Origin: the human T2T-CHM13v2.0 reference genome, Homo sapiens
Assembly (NCBI GenBank): GCA_009914755.4
Contig: CP068257.2
Location: 21,184,001-21,248,000 of the forward strand
Direction of reading: 5' to 3'
Length of the DNA: 64,000 nt
This document shows, piece by piece, positions 49,771 to 63,770 of this stretch (position 1 is its first letter; each line of letters begins with the position of its first letter). Under the pieces are notes generated by a model. It was not told where the DNA came from. It did no database searches and saw only the letters and a program-made list of their open reading frames with translations. The translations under genes were made by a program, and so were the position numbers.

Positions 49771-51295
49771 ATTCCACCCCTGGCTCCTCCCAAATCTCAT
49801 GTCCTCACATTTCAAAACACAATTATGCCTTCCCGACAGTCCCCTAAAGTCTTAACTCATTCCAGCCTTAAACCAAAAGCCCAAGTCCAAAGTTTCATCT
49901 GAGACAAGGCAAGTCCCTTCTGCCTATGAGCCTGTAAAATCAGAAGAAAGTTAGTTTCTTCCTAGATACAATAGCTATACAGGCATTAGGTAAATATAGA
50001 CTTCCAAATGAGATAAATTGGCCAAAACAAAGGGGCTACAGGCCCCATCCAAGTCCGAAATCCAATAGGGCAGTCATTAAACCTTAAATTTATAAAATGA
50101 TCTCCTTTGACGCCATATCTCACATCCAGGAAACACTTATGCAAGAGGTAGGCTCCCACAACCTTGGGCAGCTCTGCCTTTGTGGCTTTGCAGGGTACAG
50201 CTCCCTTCCCAGCTGCTTTCATGGCTGGCATTGAGTGTTTGCAGCTCTTCCAGGGCACAGTGCAAGCTATCTGTGGATCTACCATTCTGGGGTCTGGAAA
50301 AAGGTTGCCCTCTTCTCATAGCTCCTCTAGCCAATGCTCCAGTAGGGACTCTGTGAGGGAGCTGTCACCCCACATTTCCCTTCCACACTGCCTTAGCAGA
50401 GGATCTCCATGAGGGTTCCACCCCTGCAGCACACCCCTGCCTGGACATCCAGGTGTTTACCATACATCCTCTGAAATCTAGGCAGAGGTTCCCAAACCTC
50501 AATTCTCGTCTTCTACACACACCAGACCAACAACACATGGAAGTTGCCAAGGCTTGGGGCTTGCACCCTCTGAAGCCACAGCCTGAGCTGTAGGTTGGCC
50601 CCTTTTAGCCATGGCTGGAATGGCTGGGATGCAGGACACCAAGTCCCAAGGCTGCACACAGTAATGGGGCCCTGGGGCTGGCCCAGAAAACCGATTTTCT
50701 CTTCTACATCTCAGGGTCTGGGATGGAGGTCTCTGATATGCCCTGGAGACTTTTTCCCCATTGTCTTAGTGATTAGCATTTGGCTCCTTGTTACTTCTGC
50801 CAATTTCTCCAGCCAGCTTGAATTTCTTCCCACAAAACGGGTTTTTCTTTTCTACTGCATTGTCAGCCTGCAAATTTTTCAAACTTTTATTCTCTGTCAC
50901 CTCTTGAATGCTTTTCTGCTTAGAAATTTCTTCCACCAGATACCCTAAATCATCTTTCCCAAATTCAAAGTTCCACAGATCTCTAGGAGAGGGGCAAAAT
51001 ACCACCAGTCTCTTTGCATAGCAAGAGTGACCTTTACTCCAGTTCCCAACAAGTTCCTCATCTCCCTCTGAGACCAACTCATCCTGGATTTCATTGTCCA
51101 TATCACTAACAGCATTTTGGTCAAAGCCATTCAACAAGTCTCTAGGAAGTTCCAAACTTTTCCACATTTTCCTGTCTTCTTCTGAGCCCTCAAAACTGTT
51201 CCAACCTCTGCCTGTTAACCCAGCTCTAAAGTTGCTTCCATATTTTTGGGTATCTTTATAGAAGCACCCCACTCTCTGTGGTACCAATTTACGGT
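49771..51295 (-). mobile_element. THE1/MaLR internal region between the two LTRs, carrying a 173-aa ORF
   Basis: ~1.5 kb bracketed by two same-orientation THE1-type LTRs; total ~2.2 kb, which fits a full-length THE1-class element. Track ORF 50766..51287 (-) lies wholly inside, in the sense orientation of the element. Confidence 0.75.
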
Positions 51296-51648
51296 ATTAG
51301 TTCATTTTCATATTGCTATAAAGAACTGCCTGAGTATAGGTAATTTATAAAGAAAAGAGGTTTAATTGACTCACAGTTCTGCATGGCTGGGGGGCCTCAG
51401 GAAACTTACAATCATGGCAGAAGGAACCTCTTTACAGGGCGTCAGGAGAGAGAATGAGTGCCGAAGGAAGGGGCAATTCTCTTATAAAACCATCAGATCT
51501 CGTGAGAACTCACTCACTATCATGAGAGCAATATACGGGAAAGGACTCGGGTGATTCAATTATCTTCACGTGGTCCCACCCTTGACAGCTGGGGGTTGTT
51601 ACAATTCCAGATGAGATTTGGGTGGAGACACAGCCAAACCATATCACA
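51296..51648 (-). mobile_element. THE1/MST-type MaLR LTR (5' LTR of the reverse-oriented element)
   Basis: cggtattagttcattttcatattgctataaagaactgcctgagtataggtaatttataaagaaaagaggtttaattgactcacagttctgcatggctgggg…ccagatgagatttgggtggagacacagccaaaccatatca; same family and orientation as 49413-49770. Confidence 0.85.
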
Positions 51649-52121
51649 AGGTGTATTAACTGTAGTTAATTGTATAAAGTAAAAACTTCACTGCTAGCGC
51701 TTCTGTCCACAAGTCACTCCATAAATAACCTATTCCTCATGATCACTGATGATCAGACACTTCATAGTCTGATGGTGACAGGCCACTGAGGATCTTTTAT
51801 TCAGTTCATTCAAACAGCAAGCATGTAGTTGTGTTGCCTTTATGTCTCCCACTGATACATCCAAGTGACATTTCACAAAAATGCATAATTGGAAGAGGGA
51901 AATGGCCAAAGATAAGAGTTCTGCAAAGTAAAATAAAAATGATAACCCTGGAAGTGAAATTCTCATATAACATAGATAGAAGCACAGAAGAAATATGCCC
52001 ACAGCAGTGTTGGCACTGGTTGTTTGAAAGACTCTAGATAGATAGAAGAACATAGAGAAGATGTACAGCAAATTTTCCTTTGCCTACTCCTCCTTCCCAA
52101 TTCCCAAAATGAAAAAAGTAA

Positions 52122-52449
<328 letters not shown>

Positions 52450-55400
52450 TAGGAAAGTAATTGTTAAAAAAAAAAAAAAAAAAAGATGATGTTTCAATGG
52501 AAATGATGCTAGTCAAAATTTCACATTAAAGGAATTCTCAAAGATATTTTATGACAACAAAATATTGGAAGTTGATCTAACCTTAGAAAGTGGTATGACA
52601 ATTTGCCACAGCATAGAAAATATGCTCCCTCTACATTGTAAGTTATACAGTGAGCAGAGGGCAAAATTTTTCAACTACTCTTTTATAGCTGGTGTTAAAT
52701 GTATTCATGTATATTTAGCCAAGAAATAAAGCCTTAATTCTCCATGTTTTTGACGAGTTTAATCTGTCCAAGACAATAGATTAATATTTGGAATCTTTTC
52801 ACCAAAAGCTATTCAACAGAAGCAAATTTGATCTTGTGTTACTTCCTTGATGGACAGGCAAAGTATGAAATTAAGTATTAAGTAAAAACAGTAAAAATCA
52901 GACACTAAATCAAGTTGAATATAATGACATGAAACTAAATATGGATGTGCAAATAACCTATGGATTTACTTGCAATCTTCCAAAATGATTGCCTTATAAA
53001 TATCAAATTTTATAACTTCGTTTCAACTCTCTGGGGAAATTCTGTTTAATCAGGCAAGTCCATCTCATGTTTTCTTGTTAAAGAAATTTTTTTTCAAAAT
53101 TTTGTGCATATGGCCACTTTTATTTGAAAGTATATAGACAAAGTTAGAGGCCATTCCAAACAGTATTTGTTTTCATTACACAGTTAAAAAAATTTCTTTA
53201 TTTAATAAATAACTTACGAAGTTTAAATAGAGAAGACATCTTGTAAGTTTGCTGGAATGCTTTACCTGATGAACTTTATCAAATGACGAGCATCTACCAT
53301 TGAAAATCACTTAGTTATCTTTTTCAAATATGCTTTCTATTATTCTTCATTAGAACTGAATTGACAAAAACATAAGAGTAATTAATGATAGGTCTCTTAA
53401 GGCTCACAGTTTTCGATGGATTATTTTATGTAGCACCTACTCATAAAGGCATGCAATAACTATTGATTGAATAAATAAATGTTTTTTACTACACTGCAAA
53501 AATTATTGATTAACAGGAAAAAAATGATGATGAGCCCTACTGGATAAAGTATGAAAGCAAAAGCACCCTATCTCAGATGTGGCTTCTACAACAAACCGAG
53601 AAAATAATTTTGGTTTTCTATTATGCCACTTTCAATTCCTGGAAACCACAAAAAAAAAATACAGTATCTTTCTTCTCATTGCACTACTGCAAGTGAAACA
53701 GTACACTTACTAAAGCAACATTTGCCTCTATAACAGACAAGAAGATAGAGTCTATGGAAGGAAAATAAATCCCAGAGCCCCAAACTCACTAAGCCAAAAG
53801 GAAAAGTCAAGCTGGGAATTGCATCATGAAAACCTGCCTTCTGTTTTGCTCCTATATAAGATAGCTACAAAGATAAGAAAGCTATACACCTCCATCACAA
53901 TTTGCCCACCAGGAAATTCCTTGTGGGCCCCAAGTTCTTTACCCTAAAACAGTTCTGTTGAATTTTATTCTGATAGTGTAAATTGATAGCTCATCTTCAC
54001 AGGTGTGGGACAAAGGTCAGAACAAAAAGTCATCCCTCTGCTCACCTCAACCAAACGCATATTATATTGAAGTATCTGCCTTATGTTTATCTTATGTAAA
54101 AATGCAGATTCACTGAGTGCAAGACAAATGCGTAAGTGACTATTCCTCTATCTCCCCTCACATGTAAAATGTGTATTCAGTGAATGCTGATCAAAGACTC
54201 AAAAGAATGCAACCGCTTGCTTCTTATCTACCCACATTTTTTTTTCTTTCTTCCTTTTTCCCCCAGTACAAACTGTTTTCCCTTTAAATATTGAGGTCCT
54301 CAGCCCTTCTTCCAAAAAAGCACAGAACACAGATTTCTCCTGTGGTTCTGTGTTCTTTTTCTGCGTACATCCTTAACCTTGGCAGACTAACCCCTTGAAA
54401 TGATTGAGAGTTGCCTGGGTCATTTTCTATGATTAATAATAAGTCTTTCAAGCTTAGTGAAGTACATGAATAATAAGTAAAAAGAGTAAATTTAGAAAGG
54501 TAGTTTGTAAGGTCAAATGACTACAGAGACTAAAACCTAATCAGTGAGAAATATTTTGTTTCTTAAATCCTTAGCAAATTAACTCCCATTGTTCATAGTA
54601 TGTACTCTGTATAGTGTCAGTCAGGGATACGTAAACCATATAATCATATCTAAGAAGAAAATATTTTGACTTAGATTTGCTTATGTAAACTTCCAGCAAT
54701 AATTTGGATCTTTGACAAATATTGTAATGTTAGTGATGATTAGGTATAAAGGTCATTAGGTGCCCATAAACAATGATGTAAAATAGATGCAAAAATGTTA
54801 AAATTACCAATTGAATTTTCCTACATTAACCTAAGCTGCATTTTTGTTTCTATCCCCTTTGAGATTCTTAATACGAGAAGTGAAGGAGGGGAAGCATTTA
54901 GTTTTGTTGTGTTTGGTAGAACACTAGCACCCTGCATTGTAATGAAATGTCAGTCCTAGAGCTATTTCCACCAGAGAAGTGGCTTCATACTCATTTATAA
55001 TGGCAGCAGGGAACCTGACTGTGGCCATTGAGACAGAATATAACAACAAGATATGCCATCCTGAAAAAACAAGTGTTCCCTACAGAATTTTTAAATAAAA
55101 CATACATTTAATTTCCTTCAGAAAGGGCATTATTTTTATAAACACAGTATCCTACTCTAAAACAATGCAGTCATTCATAAAAAGCCAAAATGTAGGATTC
55201 ACGACATGCTGCCTTATTGGGTTATCCTTGAAAATGTGCAATAGGATACTTGTTAGATATTGCTTCTAGTTAGAGTTTAAATAAATAAACTTTGATATCA
55301 CTTCTGAAATTTCATAGCACATTTATTTTCATAATTTTGTAGATTCTAACTTCACATTCAATGGAACGAAACTGTTTTTGAATAAAACATCTTTGAATTT

Positions 55401-55740
55401 TCTAATTCATGTTGGTTTTGGTCTCTTTGTTTCATTCTCAAAACAACAAATACAAAAAGATAACTGTGGTCTTTGTCAATGTTGTAAGCCTTAAGAGAGT
55501 TCACAAACCTCTTGTGGAAGAAGTCACTGATGACAAAGAAAACTCACTGAAAAATAAAACAGAAAAGCTGAAAGGATGGATTACCAAAATTTTGTTTCAA
55601 AGGATAGAAATTCCCCTTGCTGCCAGCACAATTCCTTGAACTGTTTGGGAATGATCATTGAAAGTATTTTGCATGAAAAAAATGTTCGTTTGTTTGTTTG
55701 TTTGTTTTCAGCAATTGTAGACCCTTTCCACAAAGTGATT

Positions 55741-56041
55741 TTTTATTTTTTTATTTTTGAGATGGAGTTTCATTCTTGTCACCCAGGCTGGAGTGCAATG
55801 GTACGATCTCAGCTTACTGAAATCTCTGCCTCCCAGGTTCAAGTGATTCTCCTGCCTCAGTCTCCTGAGTAGCTGGGATTACAGGTGCCTGCCACCACGC
55901 CTGACTAATTTTTGTACTTTTAGTAGATACGTGGTTTCACCATGTTGGACAGGCTGGTCTCGAACTCCTGACCTCAAGTGATCTGCCCACCTCGGCCTCC
56001 CAAAGTGCTGGGGTTACAGGTGTGGGCCACTGTGCCTAGCC
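55741..56041 (-). mobile_element. Alu SINE with a ~15-bp target-site duplication
   Basis: Poly-T then gagatggagtttcattcttgtcacccaggctggagtgcaatggtacgatctcagcttactgaaatc … cctcccaaagtgctggggttacaggtgtgggccactgtgcctagcc. cacaaagtgattttt appears at both flanks. Confidence 0.93.
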
Positions 56042-56268
56042 CACAAAGTGATTTTTAATTATAGAAGGAAAAAGAGGTTTAGGGTTATTTTTAATATAAA
56101 GAAGAATAAGATAAACAGCAGATTCTATGGCCTGTTTGGCATATCTAGTATTTGTGCAGGTCATCTGTATAGATCAGTTTCCAATGACCTTAAGTCCATC
56201 GTACTTTTGCAGTTTGCTATTTAATACAAGGAATGTTCAAATAATTTTGCAAAGAATGGAAGAGTTTT

Positions 56269-56733
56269 ATTTATTTACTTATTTATTTATTTATTTTTAT
56301 TATACTTTAAGTTTTAGGGTACATGTGTACAACGTGCAGGTTTGTTACATATGTATACATGTGCCATGTTGGTGTGCTGCACCCATTAACTCGTCATTTA
56401 ACATTAGATATATCTCCTAAGGCTATCCCTGCCCCCTCCCCCCACCCCGCAACAAGCCCCGGTGTGTGATGTTCCCCTTCCTGTGTCCATGTGTTCTCAC
56501 TGTTCAATTCCCACCTATGAGTGAGAACATGCCGTGTTTGGTTTTTTGTCCTTGCGATAGTTTGCTGAGAATGATGGTTTTCAGCTTCATCCATGTCCCT
56601 ATAAAGGATATGAACTCATCCTTTTTTATGGCTGCATAGTATTCCATGGTGTATATGTGCCACATTTTCTTAATCCAGTCTATCATTGTTGGACATTTGG
56701 GTTGGTTCCAAGTCTTTGCTATTGTGAATAGTG
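56269..56733 (-). mobile_element. Young L1 (L1PA-type) 5'-truncated 3' end, reverse orientation, with target-site duplication
   Basis: ttattatactttaagttttagggtacatgtgtacaacgtgcaggtttgttacatatgtatacatgtgccatgttggtgtgctgcacccattaactcgtcatttaacattagatatatctcctaa…tgagtgagaacatgccgtgtttggttttttgtccttgcgatagtttgctgagaatgatggttttcagcttcatccatgtccc…gtctttgctattgtgaatagtg is a near-consensus reverse-complemented L1PA 3' end. ggaagagttt is repeated at both flanks. Confidence 0.92.
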
Positions 56734-57502
56734 GGAAGAGTTTATTTTCTCCAAAGGATCAGTTCTGCTGGAGAATGGTGTATTGAGACTAGAAGACAAC
56801 CATGTACTTCATCAATACGTAGAAATCAAGAGTGTTCTTACTGTACATAATGAAAGATTTACATAAATGTTAATATTAGTAAACAGTAGATGAGGAAAGT
56901 GTTTTCAGTTTATAGTGTGCTTTTAAATATACTGTTAAGCTTTAGTTCACATTCTAGAATTGTTTATTTTTTTCTTTTCCTATGTATTGTGATCTTGTAT
57001 AACTCTGTAGTGTCTCTCTCCTCATTCATTTTTGGTTATTCTATGCTTGAGAAAAAGTTATTTATGATATATTTCAAAATTGTGTCATCATTTTCACTTA
57101 ACTTTAGCATCAAAGTTGTTCTTGTATCTTTACAAAAATGGGGTTATTTGTTTACATTTACTTGAATATTGTGAAAATCTACAAGTTTGAGTTATTTTGA
57201 AGAAAGTCAGTAACAAAAGAAAATAAAATTCTCCCATTTTTACAAGAAATTATGAAGTCCTGAAAAGGCCACATTGTAGTTACCACCTTTTTTATTATAG
57301 AACACTAAAGACATTTTATTCTACTTTTTCTCAAAAGAAAGGAGATAAATAATTATTTTATAAAATTACTCATACATCCAGGAAGCTTTTGAAGTGAGGT
57401 CCTTTTTACCAACTTGGCTAAAGTGAGTAAGTGTGAACAGTTATTCTGTTACATTTAGGCAGTTAATTATATTTGAAAAACACATAAAGAATTGAAAATA
57501 GA

Positions 57503-57628
57503 ACACATGCACTGAGATGGTTGTACCTCCAACAGTTGAAGAGATGTTCTGTTTTCCTTCACATGCTGTGAGATGTTGGGAGTACAACCACCTCAGAGCA
57601 TGTGAAAAAAATCAGAACATCTCTTAAG
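57503..57628. other. Interleaved inverted-repeat structure (arms A,B … A',B')
   Basis: A = acacatgcactgagatggttgtacctccaacag (57503-57535); A' = tgttgggagtacaaccacctcagagcatgtg (57574-57604) is its reverse complement at ~27/31. B = ttgaagagatgttctg (57536-57551); B' = cagaacatctcttaag (57613-57628) is its reverse complement at 14/16. The order is A-B-spacer-A'-spacer-B'. Confidence 0.8.
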
Positions 57629-59588
57629 CTGTTTAAATATTATAATAATGGCCTTTTCTATTGACAGATAAACCTACAGATTTATATTACATGATTGCTT
57701 TGTTCATAGCTATAACTACAAATGCATCACGAAGAATTTCCAAGGAATCTCCCTAACTTTATGAAAGAATGACTTTAGATAATGAAATTGTCCTACATGT
57801 ATCTTTTAAATATAAAATGTAAAACAACTCTTTTTGAAAAGTAGTTATATCATCTGTTAAGATGTTTTAGAATGTAAAACATAGTACACATAAACACATT
57901 CTAAATGATTATTCACGTGGTAGAGTTCCTATTAGAAAACATAGAGCATAATTATTATACACACATACATACATACAGTTAAACAAAATTATGGGAAGTC
58001 ATTGTTCTGGACTAAGCTCCCGCCCTAGGGTTCAACATACCAGACCAAACCAAAATGAAATTACTTACGCTAAATGCCACATAATCAAACTGAAACTTTA
58101 AGAAAGCAAATAGATCCCCAAACAAAGCAGGTTTTCCCGAATACAGGAGATTCCAATCTACCTGAGTCAGGTTTACGGAATTTCCCTCTGCTTTAATCCT
58201 CATAAAAAAGAAACCTGATATAACCTGATGTTAACCAGTTAGGTGGTTTTTGTTGTTGTTGTTTGTTTTTTCCTTATTGTTCTGTTTCACTGTCCCCACC
58301 AAAAATATACCTACTCTTCTGCCATTGCACAGAGGGAAGGCTCATACTATTTTGTATAATGGAGGCTGTCCTGATTCAAGAATCAAGAATAAAAGCCAAT
58401 TTGATCTAAAACTACATTTGTAGTTTTGTGTTTTGACGGTAATACATACATATATAAACACACACACTCACACATACATATACACAAGGCTATTTATGTT
58501 TTAAGAAAAAATGAATGATAATATGGCAAATAATTTCATTATAGAAAATATTTAACTTACTCATATCATTTATTTATTCTTTTATAAAGCAAATGTAAAT
58601 CTGGAGGATAGTATATGTCATACCAAGCAAGCTATTAGAAACTGTGTTCACATGTCAATGATTACACATCTGCCTTTGTAAGGACTTTTTCATGTACTGC
58701 ATTGGAATGTAATTCAAACCACTAACATTCTTTTATCTCATGTTGGGAGGATTACAAATACAACTTTTGGATATTATATTTTTATCCCTCCATAAATGTT
58801 ATATCATATTTGTGTGTATGTCTAAATCTTATTCAAAGGGGTTCTACTTTTAGCATAAAGGTTCTATAAGGTGCAATTGCAACATATGGTAATTTGATGT
58901 GTATAATTTGAAGTGTTGCCCTGCATCACATGGATGTGTATGATTTACTTGAGTACTAAAGACAGTTGTAAATGAAATGGTAATGTGTCCATTTTAAAGT
59001 ACATATTTTTTTCATTGCTTCTTCCACTGTGTGTGTTTTGAAATTATATCAGAAATAACATAAACCATTTTTTAAATATCCAATGGCATTTTAAAACTGA
59101 AAAAGTTGTCTACAGTTACTTAAGACTTTTTTGGTTTTTGCTTAATAGCTCCACACTAAAATTTAATCATATAATTCTCTATAATTATGTGTAAATTTCT
59201 AAACACTGTGTGGGTTTTTCTATAAGAGTATATTAAAATTCTTACTCTGAATGCAACCTAAGCATTGTGTGTCATGAATTTCTAGTGCTATAGCATTTGC
59301 ATTTGAGCAATGAAAATAATCAACTTAATTTGCTCTCCTAGAGAGCATGGAAGTGGGTTTGATTAGTCTATTGAAAGTTTGTGTTTTCCCCCTTGAATTG
59401 GATGCAGGGGGTAGAATTGCCAGCATGATGCAAGCCAGTAGGGATCCAGGGTGTCAAGGCAATGCTAAAGTTGACTATATTAAAGACAAAGGAGAAGGTC
59501 GACTAGAAGCAGACAAGTTGTTTATGCTGGAGCTGTCTCTGTGTTTTTTGGAAATAATTTATCCATGCAATTGTATTATCATGATTTT

Positions 59589-59607
59589 TATATATATATA
59601 TATATAT
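59589..59607. repeat. (TA)n microsatellite
   Basis: tatatatatatatatatat. Confidence 0.85.
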
Positions 59608-61560
59608 TTACCTCATTGTTTTTAATGGATATTTTTGCAAAGGACCACCCAAAAACATTAGAATAAACGGTGCCCAATGCTTAAACAGGGCTGTACCTTT
59701 CTTATCAGCCAGGCTAGAAAATCTCATAATTCATGGGACATTGGGTAGACTGCTTAACAAGTTTTATCTAAGTATTAGGGAATAATGAGTCCTAGAATGA
59801 GGACTGCACTTAATCTACCTAAAAACATTCAGAACAATACCAGTAAGGATCCAACTGTTTCAAAATTACTTAGTTAAATCCTCCCATGAAGCTCAGAAGT
59901 TCTTAATATTTGCAAAAATAGCCAGCACCTATTAAGGTAAAATTCAAATTGTTTTCTAAGATTATTAGTATGCAAAGAATCAGGAAAACATAAGACATAA
60001 TGAGAATATTCAATCAATGGAAATAATCCCATAATGGCCACAAATGCTACAATTTGCAAAGACATTAAAATGGTTATTATAACTACACTCCGTATGTTCA
60101 AAATGTGTACATAAACATATGTATTTATATACATATGTATCATTTGAGTATATGCAAACACATTATATTTACATATACAACATACACACAGATGGATATA
60201 GAACAAATTATAGATGTTTGTATAAATGTTTTATTTCATAGACATGCATCCCTATTTCTGGAAGGAAAAAATGGCTTCCCTCTGCCCTCCTAGGTTCTTT
60301 AGGCTGTGAATTAAGTTGACATAAGGCAGATTAAAAGGAGTGAAGCTACATTTAGTTGTGTATGTATACATGGGAGTCCCAAAAAAGTATGAGATTCAAA
60401 GAATGGTCAGATTAATAAGGATTATAAAGCTTCATTAGCTACAGAAAGAAAGAAGGGTTTGATGAAGCTTTTGGGGGTGATTTTGGAGTCAAGCACTATA
60501 AAAGGGTAGGGGGAGGAAATGTATGGTGAATAAGATTGCATTATATTCTGATAAGAGTCTCTCAGGTAATAAAAGTTGCCTCTGAGCCGTTTTCCTCCTG
60601 GTATAGTCAGTTTTTGTACATACAAACTTTCTTTACAAAAGGGCAGCTTTTCCGAACTACCCATGTGTTCGCAGTTTCTCAAAATAACTAGCTAATAATC
60701 AATTTGCAAAGAAGAGTATTTTGGGATAGTGTCCTGAACCCCAACACTTCTACTGAGTCAGTCTAGCAACAGTGATAACCCAAAAACAATGAACACACCC
60801 AAATAATATAACTTGTTTCTAAATACCATTCATGGTAAAAGTAACAAGGACTATAATTTTAAGGCTTGGACAGGGTATATATGAGTCTAGATAATCTTAT
60901 ACTACCAGAAAGAAGAGAAGTGACCACAAAATAAAAAGAAAGAGAGCATGTCAAAGGGATAGGGGGTAAAACTGAAAGAGCTCCCAATGGTGAGACATTG
61001 GAACAATTTGTACTACATTATTAATAGTATTGCATCTGTAGGGGTGGAGGGGAAGCTTCCTCTCCTTTCATCAGAGTTTCACTAAAATGACTGTCAATAG
61101 ACAGATTATTAGAAGAAAAAGGCACACAGATTTATTAACATGCATATGGACAAGGGAATCCCACAAATACGATACTCAAAGAAGGGGCAGATGGTAGAGG
61201 CTTAAATATTTTTTCCACCGGAGAGAGGAAAGTGGGCAGCTGTATGTAATTTTAGAGCAGTAGTAAATTATTTTTAGGGGAAATGAATGAACTCAAACAT
61301 TCCTGGGACAAAGTTCCTCTGAGCTCTGGGGAAGGTGGTGGGAGGGTGAGGAGTGGAACTTCACTGTGAACAAAGGTTGTCTTCTTATACAGATAAAGCC
61401 CCCCAAAAGAAATGTATGACCATCATTAGTAGTATCTAATCTGCTCTCCTCATATGTTTGTGAGAACCAAATAATATTTTAAAACACTAGAAAATATAAA
61501 ATGTTATTATGATTTTTGATACTAAATTTTTTTAACCTTGATTGTATTCTCAATTTTTAT

Positions 61561-62215
61561 TTATTTATTTTCCAACTTTTATTTTAGATTCAGGGTGTAC
61601 ATGTGCAGGTTTGTTACATGAGTAAATTGCATGTCACTGGAGTTTGGTACACAAAGTGATTTCATCACGCAGGTACTGAGCATGGTACCCAATAGGTAGT
61701 TTTTTGACCCTCACCTTCCTCCCACCCTCCACTTTCAAGTAATCCCCATTATCTATCATTCCCCTCCTTGAGTCCACGTGTACTTGATGTTTGGCCCTCA
61801 CTTACAAGTGAGATAATCTGGTATTTGGTTTTCTGTTCCTGTGTTAATTTGTCTAGGATAATGGCTTCCAGCTCCATCCATATTGCTGCAAATGACATGA
61901 TTTCACTCTTTTTATGACTGCATAGTTTCAAGCTGTATATGTACTGCATTTTCTTTACCTAGTCCACTGTCGATAGGCACCTAGGTTGATTCTATGTCTT
62001 CGCTATTTTGAATAGTGCTGCAATAAACATACAAGTGCATGTGTAGTTTTGGTAGAAATAATGATTTATATTTTGGAGGATACATATCCACTGATGGGAT
62101 TGCTGGGTCAGGTGGTAGTTCTAAGTTCTATGAGAAACCTCCAAACTGCATTACAGAGTGGCTGAACTTTACATTTCTACGAGCGGTGTATAATTGTTCC
62201 CTTTTCTCTACATCT
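61561..62215 (-). mobile_element. L1 (L1PB/L1MA-like) 3' end, reverse orientation
   Basis: …ttttagattcagggtgtacatgtgcaggtttgttacatgagtaaattgcatgtcactggagtttggtacacaaagtgatttcatcacgcaggtactgagcatggtacccaataggtagttttttgaccctcaccttcctcccaccctccactttcaagtaatcc…gtgagataatctggtatttggttttctgttcctgtgttaatttgtctaggataatggcttccagctccatccatattgctgcaaatgacatgatttcactctttttatgactgc…gctgcaataaacatacaagtgcatgtg…ctccaaactgcattacagagtggctgaactttacatttctacgagcggtgtataattgttcc. Confidence 0.88.
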
Positions 62216-62394
62216 GTTTTTTTTTTTAACTTTAATATGTTGTATTATTGGCAAGGGGGTTGCTTTTATTACATCTGTTGGTTTGTAAGGCAGAATGTGA
62301 AGTCCACGGACAACCCAATTGCAAGGTAATAAGCTCATCCACTGAGAAACTACAGGGCCAGGTTTGGTATAAGATTGATGCTATAGTTGGGAAG

Positions 62395-62585
62395 TTTGTT
62401 CCTCTAAACATCATGTTGAAATTTGATCCTTGATGTACAAGGTAGGGCCTAATGGGGAGTTTTCAAGTCACTTGGTCAGGTGTCTCATGAATGGCTTGGT
62501 GCCATGCTCACAGAAATGAGTTATGAGTGAGTAAGATGCTGCATGCACAAGGCCAATCCTTGTGGAAATCACTGCTATGAAGAAA
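62395..62585 (+). mobile_element. Fragment of a MaLR-type LTR (5' portion)
   Basis: …gggcctaatggggagttttcaagtcacttggtcaggtgtctcatgaatggcttggtgccatgctcacagaaatgagttatgagtgagtaagatgctgc resembles the MST/THE1/MLT LTR block gggaggt..ttgg.tcatggggg…ctcatgaatggcttggtgccatcctc…aatgagtgagttctc, also seen at 24.5 kb. Confidence 0.5.
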
Positions 62586-62651
62586 AAATATAAGGTAATG
62601 AATAAAATAAACAGTACTCAAGAGAATAACTTATGCATCTTTAATGTGTTT

Positions 62652-62694
62652 CGTGTGTGTGTGTGTGTGTGTGTGTCTGTGTATGTGTATGTGA
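62652..62694. repeat. (TG)n microsatellite, slightly interrupted
   Basis: cgtgtgtgtgtgtgtgtgtgtgtgtctgtgtatgtgtatgtg. Confidence 0.9.
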
Positions 62695-63011
62695 GACTTG
62701 TTTTCCTTCTCTTCTATATGATATATAAATTAACTACTTGAAGAAAAAAATGCTGCTCTATTTTATTAGCATATTCAAAAGGCTACCAGAATAGTCACTT
62801 TTGTAAACTGCAGTCTAGCTTTTAAAAGGGAGAGATAAAATTATGATGACTCCAACAGTTATGCTAGGTGTTAAGACAAAGAAATTTTCACAATGATGTT
62901 AACAGAAATGCATTCCGGAATTAGAACCTGCCATTTTATGCCAATATGAGCATTTGCAAAATAAAATATTTTAGTATTTGATTACTTGCAGCTTAATTTT
63001 ATAGTTCATGA

Positions 63012-63770
<759 letters not shown>

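Noticed and set aside
50766-51287. 173-aa minus-strand ORF
   Set aside because: Entirely inside the internal region of a THE1-class MaLR element, in element-sense orientation. A repeat-borne frame, not a host gene.
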